DNA of 64,000 nt from Octopus vulgaris (lineage: Eukaryota), in contig OX597837.1 in NCBI GenBank assembly GCA_951406725.2, positions 24,924,001 to 24,988,000 on the forward strand, written 5' to 3'. Below are positions 52,302 through 64,000 of the stretch, piece by piece; within the stretch, counting starts at the first letter, position 1; each line of letters begins with the position of its first letter. Made by a program: the position numbers and the translations under genes. The notes beneath the pieces were generated by a model. It was not told the origin of the DNA and did not search any database. It was given only the letters and a program-made list of their open reading frames with translations.

Positions 52302-52949
52302 TAAGGATATCAGGAAATCTCTCTTAAAATGTTATGTTATTTTTTAATGTTTTCATGATTGTCAGGGCTCCATACAAGGCTGTTTAACCCTTTAACATTT
52401 AATCTGGCTGTAATTGGCCCAAATATTCAACCAGACTGGCAAGATTTAACCTTTCACACCTACCCTACAATATCATTCTAAAAATATACAGTCTCCTCAT
52501 TGAAATCTTGAAGCTATAAGATAATGCATGACTAATTCAAAACATTGAATAAATAAGCATCATATTCTTTAGCTGAATAATATGAATGCTAAAGAGAAAA
52601 TATATCTTATTTTTAGGACAGCAAGCCATTATAGAGAATGTTTTCTGAAGCAGGATTAGGGGTGTGTTCAATGACTTGTTTGAAAGTTAGGGTTAGTAGT
52701 GTTATGAATTTATGGTCCACTAACTTCTGATTCAGTGGTTCAGACACTCAAGTTTTGTGTGAACATAATTTGTACATCACTATCCTTGGATGCCAAATGA
52801 CATAGATCTGGGGGGAAACAACAACAACAATAACAATGATGAATCATTGTGATTTTAATTAATAAGATAAACTTTCACACACACGAGAAGGGTTTTTTGT
52901 ATCTTGCCACAGATTTCTGTCTTAGTCTTCTTATGAAACAAAAAAAAGC

Positions 52950-53145
52950 CGAAGACTTCTTATGAAACAAAAAAAAGCCGAAGACAGGTGGTGTACAAAA
53001 CAAACAGATGTATTAGTATAACGCTCAGGAATAGAAAAAGTCTTTTACGTTTCGAGCCTACGCTCTTCTACAGAAAGGGACACAGAAAGAAACAAGGAGA
53101 GAAAAAAAATGTGTGTAGTGGCTAACGATCTATCATGGCGACTCA
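52950..53145 (-). mobile_element. Penelope-like terminal-repeat remnant
   Basis: Hammerhead-like motif; adjacent 29-bp tandem duplication at 52927-52985. Confidence 0.55.
53042..53077 (-). ncRNA. Minimal hammerhead ribozyme-like motif with core variant
   Basis: Minus strand reads cttt CTGTAGA a gagc-gtag-gctc GAAA cg TA aaag; palindromic ACGT stem III typical of Penelope-like elements; position 6 deviates from consensus. Confidence 0.55.
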
Positions 53146-53727
53146 TATAGTTTGCTTAACTCTTCATCTAGAAATACAAGTGGATTTTCTGTGTGTATTG
53201 TTTTATCTGATGGACTGAAGAAAGCAGAACAAGTGTCTTGTCTGATATGTAGGAGTAAATGACTGAAGGAAAAGAAGTAACTTTTATGTGAACTAAGTTT
53301 TAAAACTAACAAAATTCTAGCATCAATCTGGTTCCAAGTGTTTAATGAGGGCTATTACAGCTGATCAAATCGATTAGTAGATTTCTAACCATAAGGTCAG
53401 TATTTCTTCTGTTGCCAAGGTAACATTTGTCAACCAAGTCCATACCATTGTTAACAGATTCCCATTCTGCTGTGTATAGCTGGAGAGTTTTGTGACTGAC
53501 AGATGATGTCACCTTATGGGCAGGTGCTGAAAAGTTCCTCACTTTAGGGTATCACGAAAAACCTGGTTGGAGGCTCAACCTTTGGAATTCTTTTACAGAG
53601 CTTAGAAAAACTGAAGGGCCACTGTAAGAAGTGTGTGAATCTATGAGGAGAATATGGTGAATAAGATCATAATAAACTGATCTTCATGTATTTTCTTTTA
53701 CCCAAAGCCATGAACTTTTCACTACCC

Positions 53728-53780
<53 letters not shown>

Positions 53781-54370
53781 ATGTATGTATGTATACACAC
53801 ACAAGGCAGTGCTGAAAAGTTCATGGCTTTAAGGGTATTGTGAAAGGCTTGGTTGAGGGGCCAATCTTTGAAGGTCTTTTGCTGAAAAACTGAAGGACCA
53901 CTGCAATTATCATCATCATCATCGTTTAACACCTGCCTTCTATGCTGGCATGGATTAGATGGTTTGACAAGAGCCTGCACCAGACTTCTGTATCTGTTTT
54001 AGCAGGGTTATTATGGCTGGATGCCCTTCCCAATGCCAACCACCCAGCAGAAGTGATTGGTGTTAGGAAGGTGTGTGAATCTGAGAGGGGAATATGTTGA
54101 ATAAAATCATAATTAACTGATCTTCCTGTTTTTTCTTTTACCAAAAGCCAAGGACTTTTCAGCACCTCTCGTATAATGGCTGATTTCCATCCAGTTTAAA
54201 GTGGGATGATCCTTGGTTGGGTGACTTAATGTGTTAGTCTGTTTACTGATGCCCCAGCAACTTGATAGGTTACAGTACCTATAATAATCTGTTGATAACT
54301 ATTTTCAAAATATTCTTGTGTTTTTTTGAAGTAGACAAAATAGTCCAACTCTGTGTTCAATTCTTTGCAG

Positions 54371-54443
54371 CCGAACTGACTCAATGGATGTTGAAATTGC
54401 TGCCAGTGGTTTTACTAAAGACATTGCAGAGCCATTTGATGAG
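54371..54443 (+). CDS. RIOK2: RIO kinase 2, coding exon 9
   Basis: RTDSMDVEIAASGFTKDIAEPFDE; conserved D.E..ASGF motif; AG/GT boundaries. Confidence 0.94.
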
Positions 54444-54486
54444 GTAACATTTTCAATCTTCACATCATTTCCACAACTATCTAAGC

Positions 54487-54742
54487 CAGTGGTTCCCCAA
54501 CTTTTTCTGGCTGGCACCAAGACCACATTCCTAACGTCACCTCGCCCCCTTCACCGCCACAAACATAGACCATTTTCTGCAGCAATTTTTTAAAAAATGT
54601 ATTTCACAAATTAAACTTAAATTAATTAACCCATTATTTTGTTTGCTTTTACATCCATTGCTCCCTTTTAGCCACCCCATTATCACCCCACTTTTCTTCA
54701 ATGTCCCCTCTGAATTTTTCCATCACCCACTGGGAACCACTG
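54487..54742. mobile_element. hAT MITE
   Basis: CAGTGGTTCCCCA ... TGGGAACCACTG; degenerate TSD ATCTAAGC / AGCTAAGT. Confidence 0.75.
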
Positions 54743-55183
54743 AGCTAAGTATTGTAGTGGGTGCTCTTTACATGCCACCGGCACAGGTGCCAGGCGAGGC
54801 TGGCAAACGGCCACGATCGGATGGTGCATTTTACGTGCCACTGGCACGAGGCCAGTCGGGGCGGCGCTGGCAATGCCCACGTTCGGATGGTTCTCTTACG
54901 TACCACCGGCACTGGTATCGCAGCTGCAATTTCCATTGTTTTGATCGACTTAGATTTTGATTTAGGTTTTATATAATTAATTTAAATGTCTGTGTTGTAT
55001 CATCATCATTGTCATTATTTATGTTTTGCATAAAATAATTCTTTTTCTTAATAATTTCTGACTTATGGCAAATTAATTATCTTTCTGAAATGGTTAATTA
55101 TTTTTTGAGGATCATTTTAGCTTAAACTTGCCTCAGTTTTGCATGGTTTATTATGTTCTTGCCAAGCACATGTGTATAGGATC

Positions 55184-55245
<62 letters not shown>

Positions 55246-55510
55246 AATTAAATTAGAGATAAAACCACTATTAGGCAAATCAAACAGTGAAAAACATAAA
55301 CATAAAAATAAAAATAATTAATATAATATACAAAATATATAAAATATAAAAATTTAAATTATTTAAATTTAAAATTAAAATTATTAATTTATATTTATAA
55401 ATTTTTATATTTTTTTAATATATATATATTTTTATTTTTTTTTAAAATTAAATATATATAAACTATCAAAAAGTATTAAAAAGTTTAATATATATGTTTT
55501 TTTTTTCTAG

Positions 55511-56116
55511 GCCTTGAAAGATATTGGTGTTTTGGAAGATTTTGATGAAACTAAAGAAGACGAAGAAGAAGAAGAATCTGATTGTGAAAGTGTTAAAGAA
55601 CAGAGTAAGGATAGTCCAAAAGAGAAACAACAGACAAATTCCAAATCTAAATCTATCGAAGCTTGGCTAAAAGATTGCGATACCATCCAAGAAGTTGATG
55701 ATGATGATATTTATTATTGCGCAGCAGATTTTGTTGAAGGAAACCAAGCTCCTAACACTGCAGAATCTACCGATGAAAAAGATGGAGAAAATACTCTGAG
55801 TAATTCTGTCAAAGAAGCTGAAGAAGTACAGTCGGAAGGCGTTAAGCCAGATGAAAAATGTGAAGAAGCAACAAGTTGTCCGTTCGACAGAGAGGAGCAA
55901 CTAACTGAGAGTCGAAGCATGAGGGCTACAAGCATAACGAGTTCCACGTTTGACCCCAGATTTGTGAAAGAGAAAATCAAAAGAGAGGTTCATAAGAAAA
56001 TAACCAAACAAGCTTCTAGCAATATCAGAAAGACGGGAGAGAACTTTTATATTAATAAGAAAAGGCAAGACATGAAATTCGACATCAAGGATTCTATGGA
56101 TGGGTTCTGGTCTTAG
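55511..56116 (+). CDS. RIOK2: RIO kinase 2, terminal coding exon (acidic linker and basic C-terminus)
   Basis: ttctag acceptor, open frame to TAG at 56114-56116; acidic region then SSTFDPRFVKEKIK...KRQDMKFDIK. Spliced CDS is 1551 nt = 516 aa plus stop. Confidence 0.92.
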   Translation, partial: ALKDIGVLEDFDETKEDEEEEESDCESVKEQSKDSPKEKQQTNSKSKSIEAWLKDCDTIQEVDDDDIYYCAADFVEGNQAPNTAESTDEKDGENTLSNSVKEAEEVQSEGVKPDEKCEEATSCPFDREEQLTESRSMRATSITSSTFDPRFVKEKIKREVHKKITKQASSNIRKTGENFYINKKRQDMKFDIKDSMDGFWS

Positions 56117-56123
56117 GATTTCA

Positions 56124-56348
56124 TTAACCCTTTAGCATTCAGATTATTCTGTTAAATGTAAGACTTATTTATTCACATTTCTCTGAATTAATCTTGTATT
56201 ATTTCATAGATTTGGAATTACAATGATACGATTGTATTTTAGAATGACATTGTTGGGCAGGTGCGATAGGTTGGATCTATCCAGTTTGAACATAAAACAG
56301 AAACAATATTTTGGCCGGATACAGCCGGTTTAAATACAAAAGAGTTAA
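56124..56348 (-). mobile_element. piggyBac-like MITE in the RIOK2 3' UTR
   Basis: TTAA-CCCTTTAG ... AAAGAG-TTAA; same family as 44302-44520 and 52384-52595. Confidence 0.75.
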
Positions 56349-56676
56349 CATGAATTCTGTTTCTTTAGTAGGTATCTGACTTTAAGAACTTGCCCATTTT
56401 ACGAAATGAATAACACCATTCAGAAATTGTACCATTTTGGGAACTAGGTTGATTCTGAAATCAAAACACCAAATCTCAAAATGGTAACTGAAGATATATC
56501 ATGTAATTGTCTTGTTCTTCAGTTGGTTGACTGTCACTCTAAGAACTATACACTGGAAGATTGCAGAAACTATGTTAGTTCTTTGTCCACCATAGAGAAC
56601 TTTCTGCTCATCCTACAGAAACTAACTGGCTTCAAAGAGGTCAAACTTGTATTTTTGATATCCTTCAAGAAATTCA

Positions 56677-56682
56677 ATTAAA
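56677..56682 (+). terminator. Candidate polyadenylation signal (ATTAAA) for RIOK2
   Basis: Variant hexamer about 560 nt after the stop, followed by a GT/T-rich tract; no transcript evidence. Confidence 0.35.
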
Positions 56683-59600
56683 CTTACTGTATTGTTTTTG
56701 TTTTGTTGTAAATAGTTTGTTTTATTAGCTTTATCATCATCATTTTTCATCTCCTGGCAACTGTTTGTTGTATATCTTTCTCTTTCTCTTTTACTTGTTT
56801 CAGTCATTTGACTGCGGCCATGCTGGAGCACCGCCTTTAGTCGAGCAAATCGACCCCTGGACTTATTCTTTGTAAGCCCAGTACTTATTCTATCGGTCTC
56901 TTTTGCCGAACCGCTAAGTGACGGGGACGTAAACACACCAGCATTTGTTGTCAAGCAATACTAGGGGGACAAACATATACACACACATACATATATATAC
57001 ATATATACGACAGGCTTCTTTCAGTTTCTGTCTACCAAATCCACTCACAAGGCATTGGTCGGCCCGGGGCTGTAATAGAAGACACTTGCCCAAGATGCCA
57101 ACGCAGCGGGACTGAACCCGGAACCATGTGGCTGCTAAGCAAGCTACTTACCACACAGCCACCCCTGCGCCTTGGTTTTTATTACTGGATGTCCTTCATA
57201 TCATTAATCACTTTACAGCATGGATGAACTGCCAGGACATGCCCACCACTAAGGAGGGGAGTGGGGCACTGGATGGCACTGCCCCTTCACTGTTCAGTTA
57301 CACTTCTATTACTATCACTACCACCACAAGTGGGATGGCCAAAAGTGGGGACAATAGATGTAAAAACAACAAAATAATAGATGAAGTTTATTAATGAAAT
57401 ATATATTTCTTTACTACCCACAAGGGGCTAAACATAGAGGGGACAAACGGATTAAGCTGATTACATCGACCCCAGTGCGAAACTGGTACTTTATTTATCG
57501 ACCCCGAAAGGATGAAAGGCGGAATTTGAACTCAGAACGTAACGACAGACGAAATACCTATTTCTTTATTACCCACAAGGGGCTACACAGAGAGGGGACA
57601 AACAAGGACAGACATAGGTATTAAGTCGATTCCATCGACCCCAGTGCGTAACTGGTACTTAATTTATCGACCCCAAAAGGATGAAAGGAAAAGTCGACCT
57701 CTGCGGAATTTGAACTCACAGCGTAGCGACAGACGAAATACCACTAAGCATTTCGCCCAGCGCGCTAACATTTCTGCCAGCTCACCGCCTTCTTATTAAT
57801 GAAATATAGTCATTTTGAATTTGCCACAGAAAGCGGTCTATGTTTGTGATGGTGAATGGTGGTCTGAGTGTCAAGTGTGTACTGAAAATGTTTGGGGATC
57901 GCTAGTGTGAATACACCTGAAATCAGCTCGCAGTGCTGCTTATCCAGACTGAAACAGAACAGAGAAGTTTCTAAGTTTTAGATTCAACACAACCAGGTTT
58001 TATGTAATGTCAAGTATCATCATCGTTTAGCATCCGCTTTCCATGCTAGCATGGGTTGGACGGTTCAACTGGGGTCTGGGAAGCCAGGAGGCTGCGCCAG
58101 GCCCAGTCTGATCTGGCAGTGTTTCTATGGCTGGATGCCCTTCCTAACGCCAACCACTCCGAGAGTGTAATGGGTGCTTTTTATGTGCCACCTGCACAGG
58201 TGCCAGATGAGGCTGGCAAAATGTCACGATCGGGTGATGCTTTTTACGTGCCACTGGCACAGGGGCCAGATGAGGCTGGCAACGGCCACAATCGGATGGT
58301 GCTTTTTACGTGCCACCGGCACGGAGGCCAGTCGGGGCGGGGCAGGGCTGGCAATGGCCACGTTCAGACGGTTCTCTTACGTGCCACTGGCACCGGTATC
58401 TCAGCTACAATTTCCAATTTTCATTCAAATCCAGTGTAGTTTTCAACTTTTGGCTCAGTATATTTGCTCTGCTGTTTGCCAAGCAACTGAAGTAAAAATT
58501 ATTTCAGATTTACACCCAGAAAAGGCATGATGGTGACTTAAATGTCTGTTTAGTTTTACTACATTGACCTACCAAATGGTATCAAGATAGACAGGCTAAT
58601 TAGGTTCTTTTTACTTTTGTCATGTCTGTCAATTAACATAATGAATAATGAGAGAAATGCAATCAGATTATGAGGACTAAACCTTACTTAGTTTTAAGTT
58701 GCCACTTCTCTTATCTTTCACTTGTCACAATCATCAGACTATAGCCATGCTGGGGCACCACCTTGAAAAACTTTTGGTCAAATGAATCAGGCCCAGTACT
58801 TATTCTATTGGTCTCTTTTGCTGAACTGCTAAGTTACAAGGACATAAACACACCAACACTGGTAGTCAAGCGATGGTAAGGGACAAACACACACATCCAT
58901 ATAATGATGATGATGTTGCTTCTTTCAATTTCCATCTATCAAATCCACTCACAAGGCTTTGGATGGCCTGAGGCTGTAGTAGAAGACACTTGTTTAAGGT
59001 GCCACGCAGTGGGACTGAACCCAGAACCATGTGATTGGGAAGCAAGCTTCTTAACACACAGCCATTCTTGCGTTCTATACTCGTGTTTTGTTTGTTCCTT
59101 CTCGAGCTACACCTGGCTCATTAGGGCCGGTTTCCTTGGCATATAGGTTCCCCACCTGGACGGGACACCGGTCCATCGCAGGTGAGCTGCAAGATGCAGG
59201 AGGAAAGAATGAGAGAAAGTTGTGGCGAAAGAGTCAGCAGAAGTTTGCTACTACCTTCTGCTGGAGCCGCGTGGAGCTTAGGTGTTTCAATCATAAACAC
59301 ACACATTGCTCAGTCTGAGATTCAAACCTGTGATCCCTTGACCGTGAGTCCGCTGCTCTAACCACTAGGCCATGTGCCTTTACTCTTTACTTCTGTAACA
59401 ACTTCTTAACATTAATTTAAATGTTCTAATTGTTCATCAAAGAGTTCTCATCATCATCATCATCATCATCATCGTTTAGCGTCCGTTTTCCATGCTAGCA
59501 TGGGTTGGACGGTTCTACTGGGGTCTGTGAAGCCAGAAGGCTTCATCAGGCCCAGTCAAATCTGGCAGTGTTTCTACGGCTGGATGCCCTTCCTAACGCC

Positions 59601-62516
59601 AACCACTCCGTGAGTGTAGTGGGTGCTTTTTACGTGCCACCCGCACTGGTGCCAGACAGAGCTGGCAAACGGCCACGAACGGATGGTGCTTTTTATGTGC
59701 CACCGGCACGAGGGCCAGGCGAGGCTGGCAACGGACACGAAACGGGGCGGTGCTGGCAGCGGTCGCGAATTCTTCTACAAACTATACTTTCTGGTACTTT
59801 ACATAAATTTATTAACATTTCCTTGCTCTCTCTCCCTCTCTTCACCATAACATACAATATATTAGTTGTGATTGTTCTTGTCCTATAATTTATCTCACTC
59901 TCTATGTTTAGTATTTTGTGAGCAATCTATCAAAAGTACTTTTAATCCTGTTGTATCCAGTTTACTCTGTCAAATCTAATGCTTATTTATTCACATTGGT
60001 TTGAATTAATTATGCATAGAGGTGGCTGTGTGGTAAGTAGCTTGCTTACCGACCACATGGTTCAGGGTTCAGTCCCACGACGTGACACCTTGGGCAAGTG
60101 TCTTCTACTATAGCCTCGGGTCGACCAAAGCCTTGTGAGTGGATTTGGTAGACAGAAACTGAAAGAAGCCCGTTGTATATATGTATATATATATATATTT
60201 ATGTGTGTGTCTGTGTTTGTGCCCCCAACATCGTTTGACAACCGATGCTGGTGTGTTTACGTCCCCGTAACTTAGCGGTTCGGCAAAAGAGACCGATAGA
60301 ATAAGTACTAGGCTTCCAAAGAATAAGTTCTGGGGTTGATTTGCTCGACTAAAGGTGGTGCTACAGCATGGCCACAGTCAAATGACTGAAACAAGTAAAA
60401 GAGTAACTCATAGCCTCAATATTTTAGTGATGTGATTTGTTATTTTTAGAATAATATTGTAAGGTAGGTGTGAAAGGCCAGATCTAGCTGGCCATCTCGG
60501 CTTCATGTACCAAACTATCATAGCTGTATTACCGTGATATAGAATGAAAGTGGCTCGCTTGAAAGAAAGAGGTGCAGAGTGATCTTTCTAACAGCACAGC
60601 TGCTTCTAAGAGCAAGAACGAGGGGAACATCAACCCCCAGTACATGACAGGTACTTTATTGGTCTCAGAAGAATGTAATGGTGAAGTGGACCGTGGCAGG
60701 ATCTGGACTCAAAATCAAAGAATTGGAACTGCTACCACAAAGGTATTTGCCCATCAAACTAATCATTTTGTCAGTAAACCACATCAGGAGTCACTCATTC
60801 TGAACAATTTAGTGCAATTGCAGTACAGTCTCATCTCTAGTGTCACCAAGTCTTTTTCATCAGTTTCCTTCTCAAAACTCAATTTAACAACAATTTCAGA
60901 ATTTTTTAATACTCCTCTCATCACATCAATTTTCCACATAGTCAATATGGTAGTCTTCCGGTTTCATTTATTTTACGTCCATATGTAGGCATAGGAATTG
61001 CTGTGTGGTAAGTAGCTTGCTTACGAACCACATGGTTCCGGGCTCAGTCCCACTGCATGGCACCTTGAGCAAGTGTCTTCTACTATAGCCTCGGGCCAAC
61101 CAAAGCCTTGTGAGTGGATTTGGTAGACGGAAACTGAAAGAAGCCCGTCGTATATATATATGTGTTTGTGTTTGTCCCCCCTTGAGTTTCTAACCTCAAT
61201 AAAGGAAAGATAAAGAGTTGTTTCTCTGGTTGAAGTACAATAAGATTTTCTACTACTCATAACGATTGAATTTAGTTAAGATTATATCCAACTGTTTAGT
61301 ATTTACAGAGCAGGATTATGACATGGTGGATGGTGGGTGTTATGTCTAAGGTTCCCACAGAATCATTACATAATCATCATCGTTTAATGTCCGTTCTCTT
61401 TAGTAAACAGATCTGTTGATTTTGATGATGAACATTCAATGATTGAATCAACTAAACTACCTGCTCTTTGAATAAGCATGAACCCTTGAGGGGATTCTGA
61501 GACAATCAGCTTGACACAGTGTGAGGGTTACCTTTAAATTCCAGGAACAATCCATCTGATGAACTGAATGGTTTCCATTGAGTCACTCCCATTTGTAAGG
61601 TTTGGACGTGAAATTATAGAAAAAAAAATCCTTCCCCATCCCACATGCCATGCAATGGGGATAAATCCAGTACCTTGTGATTGCAAAGTGAGCCCTCTTA
61701 ATTATTTGGTCATTCAACAACTGTAGAAACTGTGAGGAATCCTGTTGAGTGGTTTCTACCCTACCTGGAATTCAAAGCTCCAGTGTTTGTCATGCTGATT
61801 CTGCCCAAGGATTACATTAAGGTATCCTGTGGAATAGACAGAGATCCATTTATCTCTCTGGACTGGCTTCTGTGCCGGTGGCACGTAAAAAGCACCAACC
61901 TATCGTGGCCGCTGCCAGACTCCCCTGGCACCTGTGCCGGTGGCACATAAAAAGCACCCACTACACTCACGGAGTGGTTGGTGTTAGGAAGGGAATCCAG
62001 CTGTAGAAACATTGCCAGATCAGACTGGAGCCTGGTGCAGCCTCCTGGCTTCCCAGACCCTGGTCAAACAGTCCAACCCGTGCTAGCATGGAAAATGGAC
62101 GTTAAATGATGATGATGTACCAGAACAAAGAAACTTGATGGAATGTACTCTCACTCACTGCCATACTACACATCAGGCCTATTGTACTTCACACATCCTA
62201 CCAATTCATTTCCTCCAGCATTCATGAAATGTGTGTTGGATTTTCCCACACAATAACAACTTCTATTTTTCACTTCATTTGGAGGTAGCAGTTTAAAATC
62301 TCCTAAGCTCGTTCAGTCAACTCCTTTCTCCAGTCTCAGATCAATATGCTCAACTTCATCATCATGATCATTTAGCATCCGTTTGCCATGCTGGCATGGG
62401 TTAGCTGGTTTTACTTGAATTGGTAAGTCAGAGAGCTGCACCAGGCTCGTCTGTTTTGGCTTGGTTTCTACAGCTAGATGCCTTCCTAATGCCAACCATT
62501 TCCATAGAGTATAGTG

Positions 62517-63912
62517 GGTGCCTTTCACATGTCACCAGCACAGGTGCCTTTCACGTGTCACCAGCACAGGTGCCTTTCACGTGTCACTAGCAGAGGTGCC
62601 TTTCACATGTCACCAGCACAGTTGCCTTTCACATGTCACCAGCACAGGTGCCTTTCACATGTCACCAGCACAGTTGCCTTTCACATGTCACCAGCACAGT
62701 TGCCTTTCGCATGTCACCAGCACAGGTGCCTTTCACATGTCACCAGCACAGTTGCCTTTCACATGTCACCAGCACAGTTGCCTTTCACATGTCACCAGCA
62801 CAGTTGCCTTTCACATGTCACCAGCACAGTTGCCTTTCACATGTCACCAGCACAGGTGCCTTTCACATGTCACTAGCAGAGTTGCCTTTCACATGTCACC
62901 AGCACAGTTGCCTTTCACATGTCACCAGCACAGGTGCCTTTCACATGTCACCAGCACAGGTGCCTTTCACATGTCACCAGCACAGTTGCCTTTCACATGT
63001 CACCAGAACAGTTGCCTTTCACATGTCACCAGCACAGTTGCCTTTCACATGTCACCAGCACAGTTGCCTTTCACATGTCACCAGCACAGTTGCCTTTCAC
63101 ATGTCACCAGCACAGGTGCCTTTCACATGTCACCAGCACAGGTGCCTTTCACATGTCACCAGCACAGTTGCCTTTCACATGTCACCAGCACAGGTGCCTT
63201 TCACATATCACCAGCACAGTTGCCTTTCACATGTCACCAGCACAGGTGCCTTTCACATGTCACTAGCAGAGGTGCCTTTCACGTGTCACCAGCACAGTTG
63301 CCTTTCACATGTCACCAGCACAGGTGCCTTTCACATGTCACTAGCAGAGGTGCCTTTCACATGTCACCAGCACAGTTGCCTTTCACATGTCACCAGCATG
63401 GATGCCTTTCACGTCATCAGCACATGTTGCCTTTTCACATGTCACCAGCACAGTTGCCTTTCACATGTCACCAGCACAGTTGCCTTTCACATGTCACCAG
63501 CACAGTTGCCTTTCACATGTCACCAGCACAGGTGCCTTTCACATGTCACCAGCACAGTTGCCTTTCACATGTCACCAGCACAGTTGCCTTTCACATGTCA
63601 CCAGCACAGGTGCCTTTCACATGTCACCAGCACAGTTGCCTTTCACATGTCACCAGCACAGTTGCCTTTCACATGTCACCAGCACAGGTGCCTTTCACAT
63701 GTCACCAGCACAGGTGCCTTTCACATGTCACCAGCACAGTTGCCTTTCACATGTCACCAGCACAGTTGCCTTTCACATGTCACCAGCATGGATGCCTTTC
63801 ACGTCATCAGCATGTGTGCTTTTCACATGTCACCAGCATGGATGCCTTTCACGTCATCAGCATGTGTCCTTTTCACATGTCACCAGCACAGGTGCCTTTC
63901 ACATGTCACCAG
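62517..63912. repeat. 26-bp satellite (about 54 copies) embedded in a minus-strand RTE tail
   Basis: Unit TGCCTTTCACATGTCACCAGCACAG(G/T); RTE-tail sequence on both sides. Confidence 0.95.
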
Positions 63913-64000
63913 TACTGGCCGTGATTGTGATTTCACTTAGCTTGTCATGCCTTCTCAAGCACAACAAATTTCCAAAAGTCACAGTCACTTGTTGTTGCCT

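Noticed and set aside
60572-60988. 138-aa ORF
   Set aside because: Non-ATG start, overlaps a decayed SINE on the minus strand, no recognisable domain.
62514-63940. ORFs of 435-468 aa with repeated CHQH motifs
   Set aside because: Read-through of the 26-bp satellite; open in several frames, no splice context.

Overview
Eukaryotic, AT-rich, repeat-dense genomic DNA, most likely an octopus or other coleoid cephalopod (inferred from the SINE/LINE families and the 5S-like sequence, not from a database search). Two intron-rich housekeeping genes lie head-to-head with about 4.7 kb between start codons. A metaxin-1/3-type gene is on the minus strand (8 coding exons, 30432 to <1, last exon running off the window). 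A complete RIOK2 (RIO2 kinase) gene is on the plus strand (10 coding exons, 35154-56116, 516 aa, all GT-AG, phases consistent). Introns and intergenic DNA are mostly mobile-element debris: tRNA-derived SINEs, many RTE-LINE 3' tails, CR1 and HERO-like remnants, mariner, hAT, piggyBac and Merlin/MULE-like MITEs, two Helitrons, micro- and minisatellites. The most notable items are several minimal hammerhead-ribozyme-like motifs, mostly inside fold-back Penelope-like elements, a 5S rRNA copy fused to a retroposon tail, a composite two-MITE piggyBac-like element carrying a captured spacer in three copies, and a 26-bp satellite that arose inside an RTE tail. Almost all ORFs in the supplied track are spurious. 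Exon coordinates were read base by base; most repeat boundaries are approximate.
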